Under the pieces are notes generated by a model. The model was not told the origin of the DNA and searched no databases. It saw only the letters and a program-made list of their open reading frames with translations. The position numbers were made by a program, and so were the translations under genes. DNA of 63,866 nt, counting the filler, from Vicugna vicugna (Eukaryota): NCBI GenBank assembly GCA_013265495.1. It is 82 parts of 77 records of this genome, joined end to end, with 100 filler letters (N's around TTAATTAATTAA, not from the genome) between each part and the next. Parts side by side here need not be neighbours in the genome. Positions count along the whole stretch, not along the records: positions 49,723 to 50,571 come from PNXW01004946.1; positions 50,672 to 51,218 come from MU058507.1; positions 51,319 to 52,094 come from MU058509.1; positions 52,195 to 52,573 come from PNXW01004959.1; positions 52,674 to 53,164 come from PNXW01004960.1; positions 53,265 to 54,452 come from MU058510.1; positions 54,553 to 55,224 come from PNXW01004967.1; positions 55,325 to 56,008 come from PNXW01004968.1; 74 more parts are not named here. One strand, 5' to 3'. Shown in pieces: positions 49,870 to 63,067 of this stretch. The first letter of the stretch is position 1. Every line of letters starts with the position of its first letter.

Positions 49870-50571
49870 AAAATAAGGGCCACAATGAAAGATAAATATG
49901 AGATTATGTAAAGAAGAAGAGCTCAATATAAAAATTGAGTATTACACTCATTAAATTATATATGCACCCAAAAACGTACATCCTAATTATAAAAAGAAAT
50001 ATTAGTAGACATGAAGGAATTAATTCATTATAAAACAATAATAGTAGATGAGTTGAACACCTCACTATTCTGATGGCCATATCATCTCAAAAGAATATCT
50101 GTAAGGAAACAGAGGTTTTAATGACATATTAAATCATTTGAATCTAACTGAGACTTTGGACACTGCATCAGAAAAGGAGAATACATAAACTTCTCAAGTG
50201 TGCACAGGATTTTATCTAAGGAATTAACCACATATTATGTCATGAAATGAGCCTCAGGAACTTTAAGCAAATACAGATTACAGCAAGTATTTTTCCATAC
50301 ACAAAATTATGAAACTATGCATCAGCTCTAGAAAGAAGAACAGGAAATGCACAAACATGAGATTAAACCTCATCCTTTAAAAAATAAAATAAAACGAGGT
50401 CAGTGATGAAATCAAAGAGGTAATAAAATAGGGTAATAAAATCATACATGGGGACAAATTACAATGAAAACACAGCTTCATCAAATGTATGGGATGCAGT
50501 AAAGGGAAATTTAAGAGGGAAGTTTCCAACAATTGAGGCCTTCTACAAGGAAAAAGAAAAACCTCACACAA
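49870..50571 (+). mobile_element. Old LINE-1 ORF2 endonuclease region, degenerate
   Basis: aaattatatatgcaccca, acaataatagtagatgagttgaacacctcact, aaatgtatgggatgcagtaaa. Confidence 0.85.
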
Positions 50572-50671
50572 NNNNNNNNNNNNNNNNNNNNNNNNNNNNN
50601 NNNNNNNNNNNNNNNTTAATTAATTAANNNNNNNNNNNNNNNNNNNNNNNNNNNNNNNNNNNNNNNNNNNN

Positions 50672-51218
50672 ATCTGGATCCATGAAGAGGAAACTACAGA
50701 AGAGGCGGGCCAACTGCACAGCCAACAGAATGAAAACATATTCTCCCAAAATCTTTCACATCAATATTCATAGCAGTATCATTCAGAGTAGCCAAAAGTT
50801 ATTAACAATATCCATCCATCAATGAACGGATAAACAAAATTATCAAGAATAGGCCAACAAATTTTTGGTCATTGAATCTTTGACAAAGGAGGTGAGAACA
50901 TACAATGGAGTAAAGGCAGCCTCTTCAGCAAATGGTGTAGGGAAAACTGAACAGCTGCATTNNNNNNNNNNNNNNNNNNNNNNNNNNNNNNNNNNNNNNN
51001 NNNNNNNNNNNNNNNNNNNNNNNNNNNNNNNNNNNNNNNNNNNNNNNNNNNNNNNNNNNNNNNNNNNNNNNNNNNNNNNNNNNNNNNNNNNNNNNNNNNN
51101 NNNNNNNNNNNNNNNGTCTACTCAAAGAAATACAAGCAAAAATATACAAGTGGGATCTAATTAAATTTACAAGTTTTGCACAGCTAAGGAAACAGTAAGC
51201 AAAACTAAAAGACAACCT
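50672..51218 (+). mobile_element. LINE-1 ORF2 3' fragments
   Basis: tctttgacaaaggaggtgagaacatacaatggagtaaaggcagcctcttcagcaaatgg; caagtgggatctaattaaatttacaag. Confidence 0.85.
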
Positions 51219-51318
51219 NNNNNNNNNNNNNNNNNNNNNNNNNNNNNNNNNNNNNNNNNNNNTTAATTAATTAANNNNNNNNNNNNNNNNNNNNNNNNNN
51301 NNNNNNNNNNNNNNNNNN

Positions 51319-52094
51319 TTCGGCAATCATGCGTTTCTGACTTGTGATCATGTGGATTACTGATCTTACATCCACCAAATAAGGCGTATATACACTAAGA
51401 AATATTTAATCTGACTTCATAGGTTTTTCCTATCACCAGGTTCTAAAATCCGACATTTGGCACCAGAAAACACTCTTTGAGCGAAATCTCACCAATACAC
51501 ATGTAATTTGCATTGTTTACATAACCATGGCATTCCGTATTNNNNNNNNNNNNNNNNNNNNNNNNNNNNNNNNNNNNNNNNNNNNNNNNNNNNNNNNNNN
51601 NNNNNNNNNNNNNNNNNNNNNNNNNNNNNNNNNNNNNNNNNNNNNNNNNNNNNNNNNNNNNNNNNNNNNNNNNNNNNNNNNNNNNNNNNNNNNNNNNNNN
51701 NNNNNNNNNNNNNNNNNNNNNNNNNNNNNNNNNNNNNNNNNNNNNNNNNNNNNNNNNNNNNNNNNNNNNNNNNNNNNNNNNNNNNNNNNNNNNNNNNNNN
51801 NNNNNNNNNNNNNNNNNNNNNNNNNNNNNNNNNNNNNNNNNNNNNNNNNNNNNNNNNNNNNNNNNNNNNNNNNNNNNNNNNNNNNNNNNNNNNNNNNNNN
51901 NNNNNNNNNNNNNNNNNNNNNNNNNNNNNNNNNNNNNNNNNNNNNNNNNNNNNNNNNNNNNNNNNNNNNNNGAAAAATATTAGCGATTTCCACCTAACAG
52001 ATATGTAATATACATGTATTCCAACAACTTGGCATTCAGGGTTCCGTAACTGCTACATGTATGAAGGATTTGGCAATCATGCGTTTCTGACTTG
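51319..52094 (+). repeat. Satellite D, gapped
   Basis: ggcaatcatgcgtttctgacttg at both ends, about one unit apart. Confidence 0.9.
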
Positions 52095-52194
52095 NNNNNN
52101 NNNNNNNNNNNNNNNNNNNNNNNNNNNNNNNNNNNNNNTTAATTAATTAANNNNNNNNNNNNNNNNNNNNNNNNNNNNNNNNNNNNNNNNNNNN

Positions 52195-52573
52195 TGTCAT
52201 TTTGTTTTGCTTATGGTTTCCTTTGCTGTGCAAAACTTACTTAGTTTAATTAGGTCCTATTTGTTTAGTTTTGCTTTTATTTTTATTGCCTGGGTAGACT
52301 ACCCTAGGAGAACATTGCTAAGATTTATATCAGAGATTATTTGGCCTATGTTTTCTTCTAGGAGATTTATTGTGTCTTGTCTTATATTTAAATCTTTAAG
52401 CCATTTTGAGTTTATTCTTGTGTATGGAGTGAGGGAGTGTTCTAAATGCATTGATTTACATGCTGCTGTCCACTTTTCCCAACACCACTTGCAGAAGAGA
52501 CTGTCTTTTCTCCATTGTTCTTCATTCATTCTTCAATATTGCTTTGGCAATTCTGGATCTTTTGTGATTCCAT
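52195..52573 (-). mobile_element. LINE-1 ORF2 fragment
   Basis: [46 protein letters not shown]. Confidence 0.95.
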
Positions 52574-52673
52574 NNNNNNNNNNNNNNNNNNNNNNNNNNN
52601 NNNNNNNNNNNNNNNNNTTAATTAATTAANNNNNNNNNNNNNNNNNNNNNNNNNNNNNNNNNNNNNNNNNNNN

Positions 52674-53164
52674 GTAGAATGAGAAATCTTTAATGATTAT
52701 GTTGAAAATAAATAAAATGAAAGTTTAAAATTAAATAACAAATCATAAAATCAACAGCTTTAATTTTCTTAAAAATATTAACAAACAGGTATACATTTAG
52801 CCAGCCGTATCAAGAAATACAGAGACTGTACCCTAATAAAATAAGAAATGAAACAATAGAAATAACATCTGATATTACAGAAATACAAAAAATGATTATG
52901 TAAGCACTATGAGCTGTTACATGACAACCAACTGGACGAACTAAAGGAAATGGACAAATTTCTAGAAATGTACAGCCTGCCAACACTGAAAAAAAGAAAA
53001 CTGAGAACCTGAAAAGAGTAATCAGTAAAAGTTAAATTAAATCTAAAATTTAAAAACACCCCTTGAACAAAATGCCAAGATGCTTTCAGTAAAACCTCTT
53101 TTCCCCCAGCTATTTTAAAAAAGAAGGAGGAAGGAAAATTCCCAAAGTTATTCTATGAGGCCAC
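52674..53164 (+). mobile_element. LINE-1 ORF2 (upstream of RT) fragment, degenerate
   Basis: ggaaatggacaaatttctagaaatgtacagcctgcc; ttattctatgaggccac. Confidence 0.85.
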
Positions 53165-53264
53165 NNNNNNNNNNNNNNNNNNNNNNNNNNNNNNNNNNNN
53201 NNNNNNNNTTAATTAATTAANNNNNNNNNNNNNNNNNNNNNNNNNNNNNNNNNNNNNNNNNNNN

Positions 53265-54452
53265 ATATAGAACCCAGAATTTAGAACATGGAATGCAGAA
53301 TTCAGAATTTAAAATATAGAATATAGAATACAGAATACTGTATACAGAATTTAGAATATAGAATGTAGGACACAGAATATAGAATATGGAAAACAGAATA
53401 CAGAATCCAAAATTTAGAACATGGAATGCAGAACACAGAATTTAGAATATAGAAAACAGAATACTGAATATAGAATTTAGAANNNNNNNNNNNNNNNNNN
53501 NNNNNNNNNNNNNNNNNNNNNNNNNNNNNNNNNNCAATAATTTATGAAATGCAGAACACAGAATTTAGAATATAGAATAAAGAATACTGAATATAGAATT
53601 TAGAATATAGATTGTAGAACACAGAATATAGAATATAGAGCACGAAATGCAGAATATATTATACAGAATATCGAATGTAGTACACAAAATATAGAATATG
53701 GAAATCAGAATACAGAACCCAGAATTTAGAACATGGAATGTAGAACACAGAATTTTGAATATAGAGTACAGAATACTGAATAAATAATTTATATTATAGA
53801 ATGTAGAACACAGAATATAGTATATACAATAGAGAATATAAAACCCAGAATTTAGAACATGGAATGCAGAACACAGAATTTTGAATATAGAATANNNNNN
53901 NNNNNNNNNNNNNNNNNNNNNNNNNNNNNNNNNNNNNNNNNNNNNNNNNNNNNNNNNNNNNNNNNNNNNNNNNNNNNNNNNNNNNNNNNNNNNNNNNNNN
54001 NNNNNNNNNNNNNNNNNNNNNNNNNNNNNNNNNNNNNNNNNNNNNNNNNNNNNNNNNNNNNNNNNNNNNNNNNNNNNNNNNNNNNNNNNNNNNNNNNNNN
54101 NNNNNNNNNNNNNNNNNNNNNNNNNNNNNNNNNNNNNNNNNNNNNNNNNNNNNNNNNNNNNNNNNNNNNNNNNNNNNNNNAGAATTTACAATGCAGAATA
54201 CAGAATACTTAATATAGAATTTAGAATATAGAATGTCAAACACAGAATATAGAATATAGAATACAGAATACTGAATAAAGAATTTAGAACTTGGAAGGCA
54301 GAATAGAGAATTTAGAATATAGAATAAAGAATACTGAATATATAATTTATAATATAGAATGTAGAACAAAGAATATAGAATATGGAAAACAAAATACAGA
54401 ATCCAGAATTTAGAACTTGGAATGAAGAACACAGAATTTAGAATATAGAATA
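53265..54452 (+). repeat. Satellite E with ~126 bp higher-order unit
   Basis: Variant marker spacings of 133, 126, 126 bp. Confidence 0.9.
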
Positions 54453-56108
54453 NNNNNNNNNNNNNNNNNNNNNNNNNNNNNNNNNNNNNNNNNNNNTTAA
54501 TTAATTAANNNNNNNNNNNNNNNNNNNNNNNNNNNNNNNNNNNNNNNNNNNNTCCCCCTTTAAACTTGCACTGTTCCCCCTGGTAAGGGTGAAGCCCACG
54601 GAATAGACTGCCTCTATCTTCTGTGTATTCCCAGATACATGCCTTACCCTTAGGAGGCCAGAAAAACTGCCTCCTCCCCAGTCACTATCAATGTGCTTAA
54701 GATTCTGGGTATTTTTTCTCTCGTTTTCAGGGAGACTATTCCAGAACTTTCCAAACACCATTCTCCACGTTGGCTCCCCTGCCAGCGCCCATCACTTCTC
54801 AATACAATTCAGATACTCTGTATGACTGCCTTCTGTTCATGGGAATGCGAGTCCGGTAGGATGGGGTCTCCCAAGGACTCCCTCCTCCCTGACAGGTGAG
54901 TGTGACTACTTTCTCCCCACTTCCCACTCCAACTCCAGCTTCTAAGAAGTCTACCCTCCCAGACCTTGCAGCCTGTGTATCATCTCAAGAGACACACGTG
55001 GCCACGACCCACCATTCAGATTTCTTCCTGGCTGGCCGTGCCCACACCCCAGCCCCTTAAAGATAAATGACATTGCTCTGAAAATAGCAAACACCGCTGA
55101 CTGACACACCAAAGCTACATTGTCCGGGCTTTCCTCCAGCACAGGCCCAGCCCTGCCCTCCCTCAGCCTAAGTCTGCACCTCTCGAGATGACCTAATTCA
55201 CATGCAAGGCTGTGAACACCAGCTNNNNNNNNNNNNNNNNNNNNNNNNNNNNNNNNNNNNNNNNNNNNTTAATTAATTAANNNNNNNNNNNNNNNNNNNN
55301 NNNNNNNNNNNNNNNNNNNNNNNNTATTTCAAGCTAAAGGCAACTTTCTTTTACAAAAGGTGCAGAGATTGAGCCTAGAAAACAGGGTACAGGTTTAAAA
55401 ATAATTGAACACATTTAACATGGAGTCAAATTTGTTCTTTTGTATTGCAATCTCTTTTTCTACCTCATAAATAATTTTAGTAAGAAACATGAGCAAATTT
55501 TTTTTATTTTTGCTTCTTAATAACGGATGAGTGTGTCAAATACACCTTTGTGACAGGGATGCTGTGCATTCCTTGGTGTCACAGCAAACTCTTGTTGGGG
55601 GTGGCCGACCCTGCAACATGTCTGATGTCCCGTGACTGTTGGTGAGAGTGCCCCTAAACAGGGGATCTATTCTCTTCAGGAACCAGCATATGTGCATTGA
55701 TCTCTTCAGACCTCTTTTTCAGCTGCAGAAAAATTTTTCAGATACTGTGATGGAAAAATCACTCCAGCTGGGGATAATCAGGGAATACAGGAAGAGGAAA
55801 AGGGCTTGGAGTAGAGTAGAAGAGAAGGACTGAAGGTCAGGGAGCCTGAGGGCTTGGCAGCGGGGCCTCGGGTAAGAGAGGAGCAGAGGTGGGGAGGAGC
55901 CTGGCTACGGAACCAGCTGCTGCACTTTTTCCCACACCCAAGCCACACAGCTTTTAAATGGGTCCAAGACTCTCTCCTGTCTGGATGTCACCCTGGGCAG
56001 AACCTTGANNNNNNNNNNNNNNNNNNNNNNNNNNNNNNNNNNNNNNNNNNNNTTAATTAATTAANNNNNNNNNNNNNNNNNNNNNNNNNNNNNNNNNNNN
56101 NNNNNNNN

Positions 56109-57164
56109 AAATGTCCGATTTTAGAACCTGGTGATAGGATAAACCTATGAAGTTAGAGTAAATATATCTAAGTTTATATTCACCTTGTTTGGAGGGTGAA
56201 AGTTCAGTAATCCACATGCTCACAAGTCAGAACTGCATGATTGCCGAATCCGTCATGCATGTATCATGTACGGAACCCGGAATGCCATGTTGATGGATTC
56301 ATGTAAATTACATACCTATTAGGTGGAAATCGCTCCAGAAATATTTTTTTGGGAAAAATGCACGAATTCGAACAAATTCGAACCTTAGGGAAAGCTTGTG
56401 AAAAAGTGTACACGTGTCTAGATGAATTTACTACGTTTATAGAGGAGGAAAGATTAGTAATCCAGATGTCCTAAACTCAGGAATGTACATTTGTCATATC
56501 TGTCATTTATGTAGCATGTACAGAACACGGAATTTCATGTAGATGTAATCTATTCAAATTACATATCNNNNNNNNNNNNNNNNNNNNNNNNNNNNNNNNN
56601 NNNNNNNNNNNTTAATTAATTAANNNNNNNNNNNNNNNNNNNNNNNNNNNNNNNNNNNNNNNNNNNNACGTGTCTAGATGAAAATATTACTTTTATAAAT
56701 GAGGAAAGATTATTAATCCAGATGACCTCAACTCAGGAAAGTTTATTTGTCGAATCAGTCATGTATGTAGCATGTACGGAACACGGAATATCATGTAGAT
56801 GGAATCTATTCAAATTACATATCTCTAGGGAAGAATTCGCTCCAAGAGGGTTTTTNNNNNNNNNNNNNNNNNNNNNNNNNNNNNNNNNNNNNNNNNNNNN
56901 NNNNNNNNNNNNNNNNNNNNNNNNNNNNNNNNAAATTGTTTGGTGGTTGAAATATCTGTCATGCGCATGTTCACAACTCAGAAGTGCATGTTTGAGGAAT
57001 CCGTGATGCATGAAACATGCTCGTAATACGGAATTCCATGGTTATGTAAACAATGTAAATTACATGGGTATTGGTGAGAATTTGCTCAAAGAGTGTTTTC
57101 TGGTGCCAAAGACCGATTGTAGAAAATGGTGATAGGAAAAACCTATGAAGTCAGAGTAAATATT
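56109..57164 (-). repeat. Satellite D (two scaffolds: 56109-56567, 56668-57164)
   Basis: Match 25894-26604. Confidence 0.9.
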
Positions 57165-57264
57165 NNNNNNNNNNNNNNNNNNNNNNNNNNNNNNNNNNNN
57201 NNNNNNNNTTAATTAATTAANNNNNNNNNNNNNNNNNNNNNNNNNNNNNNNNNNNNNNNNNNNN

Positions 57265-58592
57265 AGTTAAACGGGCACAGAGCGTCCCCCCGACACCCAA
57301 CCTGAGACGTGGGCCGGCAGCGGCGGGCAGGCCCAGGCTGCACAAGCCGGGCAGAGGACGGGGGCGGCTACACGGAGGCAGCTCCGGGGGACTGCAAGGG
57401 GACTGCAAGGGGCTGGGCGCCGTGGCTGTGGGTGTCCAGGACAGAACAACCTGGGCCCTCCATAAAACAGCAAGGTTGATGTGCTCTCGGGGGAAGGGTG
57501 CATCTCTGAAAACCTGCGGAAACTTTTCAGGGGAAGAGAGGCGGGGCCCAGGCAGAGCCGCCATATTCTCCAGCGCTGAGCACCCAGGCGGGGGCAGGGG
57601 CCAGACCTGCATCCGCACCGAAGGGCTCAGCAGCCTCAAGGGCCAGACTGAGACAGGCCTACAGCCCGGGGCAGGTGGGATCCTTCCATCCTGGTCCCTC
57701 AGAGAACTTGCTCCACAAAGACAAACAAGGAGCTGGGTCTTGGCTCGGAACAGGGACAAGGCTGCCCCTAGGTCTTCCCCGAGCCCACCCGCGGAGCACG
57801 GCCAGGGCGGAGCGCGGCCAGGGCGAGCAAGCAGCCACACAGAGCAGCGGAGCTACCTGCAGCGCAGGCAGAGGGAGAGCATCCCCACCGTCTGTCGGGC
57901 AGGAACACAGCCCCTGACCGAGGTGCTGGGAGGGGGCACGACCCGCCCTCCTGCCTGGCCAGTCTGCAACATCTGACTGCGGCATCCGGAGGGGCAGTGA
58001 CCCGCCCGCCCACAGCAGAGNNNNNNNNNNNNNNNNNNNNNNNNNNNNNNNNNNNNNNNNNNNNNNNNNNNNNNNNNNNNNNNNNNNNNNNNNNNNNNNN
58101 NNNNNNNNNNNNNNNNNNNNNNNNNNNNNNNNNNNNNNNNNNNNNNNNNNNNNNNNNNNNNNNNNNNNNNNNNNNNNNNNNNNNNNNNNNNNNNNNNNNN
58201 NNNNNNNNNNNNNNNNNNNNNNNNNNNNNNNNNNNNNNNNNNNNNNNNNNNNNNNNNNNNNNNNNNNNNNNNNNNNNNNNNNNNNNNNNNNNNNNNNNNN
58301 NNNNNNNNNNNNNNNNNNNNNNNNNNNNNNNNNNNNNNNNNNNNNNNNNNNNNNNNNNNNNNNNNNNNNNNNNNNNNNNNNNNNNNNNNNNNNNNNNNNN
58401 NNNNNNNNNNNNNNNNNNNNNNNNNNNNNNNNNGGACGTCTGAATTAATACTCTGCTTCAACTCACTCTTCTATTATTCATTATACACTGTTTTCAAACA
58501 CTCTTACTCCCTTCTTTTAAAAATCTTTCTCTCTCTCTTATTATTTATTTCTTTTATTCATAAATAGGCATTAGATAGATAAAATCCTTAAG
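57265..58592 (+). mobile_element. LINE-1 CpG-rich 5' UTR
   Basis: 57713-58010 is the reverse complement of 30436-30748, which is scaffolded to L1 ORF1. Confidence 0.88.
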
Positions 58593-59091
58593 NNNNNNNN
58601 NNNNNNNNNNNNNNNNNNNNNNNNNNNNNNNNNNNNTTAATTAATTAANNNNNNNNNNNNNNNNNNNNNNNNNNNNNNNNNNNNNNNNNNNNGCCGTGTC
58701 TTTTATGTTGACTGTTCTACTGCTATGTCCGTTTGTTCGGTTGCTTTGGGGAAGTCTGTCGTACAGAAGGGGAATCACTTTTTCTTCTTCTTCTTTTTTT
58801 TTTAAATAATTTTCTATTGTTGATCATTTAGGTTTTAGATATTTTTTAATACCATAAATAACTTTAACTATATTCTTGTAGATTATAAGTCATTGAGTAG
58901 AAGAATGATCATTAGGAGGAAGTTCTAGAAATGAAATTGGGTCAAAAGCACACACGTTCTTAAACTGATCCATGTTGCCCTCTTACCCTTTAGAGTGGGT
59001 GACATGGTTCCAGTCCTGCCATCAGTCACGGTCTGCACGCCCACACCCCTCAGGGTGGGGAGGGCTGTTGTATTTAGACAGTTCTGGCTTT

Positions 59092-59382
59092 CTTTTTTAA
59101 ATTGAAGTATAGCTGACTTACAATGTTGTGTCAGTGTCTGTGTACAGCATACTGCTTCAGTCATACATGAACATACATATATTCATTTTCATATTCTTTT
59201 TTACCATAGGTTGCTATAAGATATTGAATATAGTTCCCTGTGCTAACAATATGAACTTGTTGTTTATCTATTTTATATTAGTTAGTTAGTATAGTATCTC
59301 TAAGTTTCAAACTCCCAGTTTATCCCTTCCCACTCCCTTCCCCCTCTGGTAACTGTAAGTTTTCTTTCTCTGTCTGTGCTTC
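59092..59382 (-). mobile_element. 5'-truncated LINE-1 3' end with target-site duplication
   Basis: ttttttaaattgaagtatagctgacttacaatgttg...; flanks tagacagttctggcttt (59075-59091) and tagactggtctggcttt (59383-59399). Confidence 0.85.
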
Positions 59383-59525
59383 TAGACTGGTCTGGCTTTG
59401 CCGTTAGAAAATAAAGGCCAGCAGGNNNNNNNNNNNNNNNNNNNNNNNNNNNNNNNNNNNNNNNNNNNNTTAATTAATTAANNNNNNNNNNNNNNNNNNN
59501 NNNNNNNNNNNNNNNNNNNNNNNNN

Positions 59526-60360
59526 TTACTCTGAGTTCATAGATTTTTTTCTATCACCCGGTTCTAAAATAGGACATTTGGAACCAGAAAACACTCTTTC
59601 AGCGAATTCTCACCAAAACACATGTAATTAACATTGTTTACATAACCATGGCATTCCGTATTCCGAACATGTTTCCTGCATCACGGATACCTCAAACATG
59701 CATTTCTGAATTGTGAACATGTGCATGACTCATATTTTAAACACCAAACAACTTACCTATGCTCTTTGAATTATTGACTTTGACTTCGTATTTTCTTCCT
59801 ATCACCAGTTTCAAGAACCTCACTTTGATCCCAGAAAAACCCTCTTGGAACGAATTCTAACCTAGAGATATATAATTTGAATAGATTCCATCAACATGAT
59901 ATTCCGTGTTCCGTACATGCTACATGCATGACTGATTCGACAAACATGCATTCCTGAGTTGAGAGCATGTGGATTGCTGNNNNNNNNNNNNNNNNNNNNN
60001 NNNNNNNNNNNNNNNNNNNNNNNNNNNNNNNNNNNNNNNNNNNNNNNNNNNNNNNNNNNNNNNNNNNNNNNNNNNNNNNNNGGCAAACATGCTGAGTTGT
60101 GAGCATGTGGATTACTGATCTTTCATCCACCAAACAAGCATATACACACTTAGAATTATTTACTCTGACTTCATAGGTTTTTTCTTTCACCAGGTTCTAA
60201 ACTAAAATNNNNNNNNNNNNNNNNNNNNNNNNNNNNNNNNNNNNNNNNNNNNTTAATTAATTAANNNNNNNNNNNNNNNNNNNNNNNNNNNNNNNNNNNN
60301 NNNNNNNNACTTTGCGCAAATTCTCACCAATACACATGTAATTTACATTGTATACATAAG
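59526..60360 (+). repeat. Satellite D (two scaffolds: 59526-60208, 60309-60360)
   Basis: Match 34995-35922. Confidence 0.9.
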
Positions 60361-60460
60361 NNNNNNNNNNNNNNNNNNNNNNNNNNNNNNNNNNNNNNNN
60401 NNNNTTAATTAATTAANNNNNNNNNNNNNNNNNNNNNNNNNNNNNNNNNNNNNNNNNNNN

Positions 60461-61165
60461 CCAGCACTCCGTATCAGGCAACCAAACAGGGTAGACAAGG
60501 TAAGCTATTTTATAAGAACCAAGGCCCTGCTCTCAATTGGAGAAGGCTGCCCACTCTCAGGATAACTGTGCAAGTGTTCGTGTGTGTGCTGGAGGTGTGG
60601 AAACAGACTCCACGGATCTTTATGGGGGCACAGGTGTTCCCAGGTTAGGGATGTAGTTTAAAAACCTCCACAAACCATGGAGAGGTCATCGCAAATACTT
60701 GGTTTCGGAGCCCAAACCACACTTTCCCCCGCACTCCCGCCTAGGCTTTCCATCTGCGAAGACAAGCAAAGGGATTCAATTAGAACCCAGGCGCTGCTCT
60801 CAGTTGGAGGAACTTCCCTGCACTCAGAATTCCAGAACACATTCTTAGGTGTGGGAGAGATGTGCAGCCCCACTCCACCCAGATGAATGGAGGAAAAGGT
60901 GTTCCGTTTAGGGAAGGATCAGGGGGCACTCACTGCTACTTGGCCTCCAAGCCCAACCCGCAGCTTTCCCTCATGGCCTGGCCTAAAGGAACACTCAGGG
61001 AACAGAAGCTAAGGGATACTAATAGTACCCAGGTGCTGCTGTCAGTTTGAGGAACCTCCCCACACTCAGAATACCAGAACACTTCTTCGCGAGTGTGCTG
61101 GATGTAGGGAAAGAGTCAATGCATTTTCAGGGGGCACATTTATTCCATGGTTGTGGGTTGTAGGT
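60461..61165 (+). repeat. Satellite C, about 2.6 subunits
   Basis: agaaccaaggccctgctctc / agaacccaggcgctgctctc / agtacccaggtgctgctgtc subunit starts. Confidence 0.88.
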
Positions 61166-62249
61166 NNNNNNNNNNNNNNNNNNNNNNNNNNNNNNNNNNN
61201 NNNNNNNNNTTAATTAATTAANNNNNNNNNNNNNNNNNNNNNNNNNNNNNNNNNNNNNNNNNNNNGCATTTCCTAAAGTAAAGGAAAAATAAAATTATAG
61301 TGCTCTTTTACGTGAAGGCAGAGAAAAATCCAGGGCGAGGGAGCAATTGAAAAAAGAAAAAAAAANNNNNNNNNNNNNNNNNNNNNNNNNNNNNNNNNNN
61401 NNNNNNNNNNNNNNNNNNNNNNNNNNNNNNNNNNNNNNNNNNNNNNNNNNNNNNNNNNNNNNNNNNNNNNNNNNNNNNNNNNNNNNNNNNNNNNNNNNNN
61501 NNNNNNNNNNNNNNNNNNNNNNNNNNNNNNNNNNNNNNNNNNNNNNNNNNNNNNNNNNNNNNNNNNNNNNNNNNNNNNNNNNNNNNNNNNNNNNNNNNNN
61601 NNNNNNNNNNNNNNNNNNNNNNNNNNNNNNNNNNNNNNNNNNNNNNNNNNNNNNNNNNNNNNNNNNNNNNNNNNNNNNNNNNNNNNNNNNNNNNNNNNNN
61701 NNNNNNNNNNNNNNNNNNNNNNNNNNNNNNNNNNNNNNNNNNNNNNNNNNNNNNNNNNNNNNNNNNNNNNNNNNNNNNNNNNNNNNNNNNNNNNNNNNNN
61801 NNNNNNNNNNNNNNNNNNNNNNNNNNNNNNNNNNAAAGCCAGTTTGATCTCAAAACAACAGCTCAGGGGCCTGAAGTTTAACTATTAGCAATTCCCCCCC
61901 TCAGGTAAGTCACTTTCTTCTTCAGGCTACTTTTTATTACGCAAACATTCTTATTAAAATTAATACATTAGTATCATTTATTTATGGGGATTAGCTTATT
62001 AAATGTCTCATTCCTCATAACCGGAGGTAATATGTGTCTAACTGGCATTTAGAGAAGAGGCACCACGATGAAGACAGGACAAAACGTTGTCTACTTGGTG
62101 ATTTTGCTGAGCAGCACAAGTGTCAATAGGCACCTCAACCTAAGGACAGNNNNNNNNNNNNNNNNNNNNNNNNNNNNNNNNNNNNNNNNNNNNTTAATTA
62201 ATTAANNNNNNNNNNNNNNNNNNNNNNNNNNNNNNNNNNNNNNNNNNNN

Positions 62250-62967
62250 GGGGAGCTCGAGAGGCAACTCCACACAGCTCTCTTCAGTCACAAGGGTTCC
62301 CTATATGGGGAATGCGAGAAATAACTTCCCTGATCGTGGGGAGTCAGCCTATGTCACTGGGATTTCCTGCAAACCACCTCGCATTCCCTGACACAGGGAC
62401 ATTGGGAAAACACTCAGGGGAGACGAGCTTAGGCATTCCGTTAGAACACACGCGCTGTCGACCGTTGGTGTAACCTCCCCACCCTCAGGATTCCGCAGCG
62501 GTTGTCAGTGAGTGGGGGAGCTCGATAGGCAACTCCACGCAGCTCTCTTCAGTCACAGGTATTCCCTGTTCGGGGAAGTCCGAAAAATATCTTCCCTGAC
62601 CTTTTGGATGCAGCCTCTGACACCGGGATTTCCTGCAAACCACCCTAGCATTCCCTGGAACAGGGACATTAGGAAAACACTCAGGGGAGACGAGCTTAGG
62701 CATTCCGTTAGAACACACGCTTTGCCGACCGTTGGTGGAACCTCCCCACGCTCAGGATTCCGCAGAATTTGTCAGTACGTGGGGGAGCTCGAGAGGCAAC
62801 TCCACACGCAGCTCTCTTCAGTCACAGGTCTTCCCCGTTAGGGGAAGTCCGAGAAATACATTCCCTGACCTTGGGGAGGCAGAATCTGCCAATGGGATAA
62901 CCTGCAAACCCCACTAACATTCCCTGGCTCAAGGACATTAGGAAAACCGTCAGGAGAGACGAGCTTA
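62250..62967 (+). repeat. Satellite A
   Basis: ctcga marker at 62256, 62521, 62788. Confidence 0.95.
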
Positions 62968-63067
62968 NNNNNNNNNNNNNNNNNNNNNNNNNNNNNNNNN
63001 NNNNNNNNNNNTTAATTAATTAANNNNNNNNNNNNNNNNNNNNNNNNNNNNNNNNNNNNNNNNNNNN

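Noticed and set aside
57217..57985. 184-207 aa ORFs in GC-rich DNA (ORF0-like or gene)
   Set aside because: L1 5' UTR; open frames on both strands are expected from GC content and lack convincing ATG starts.
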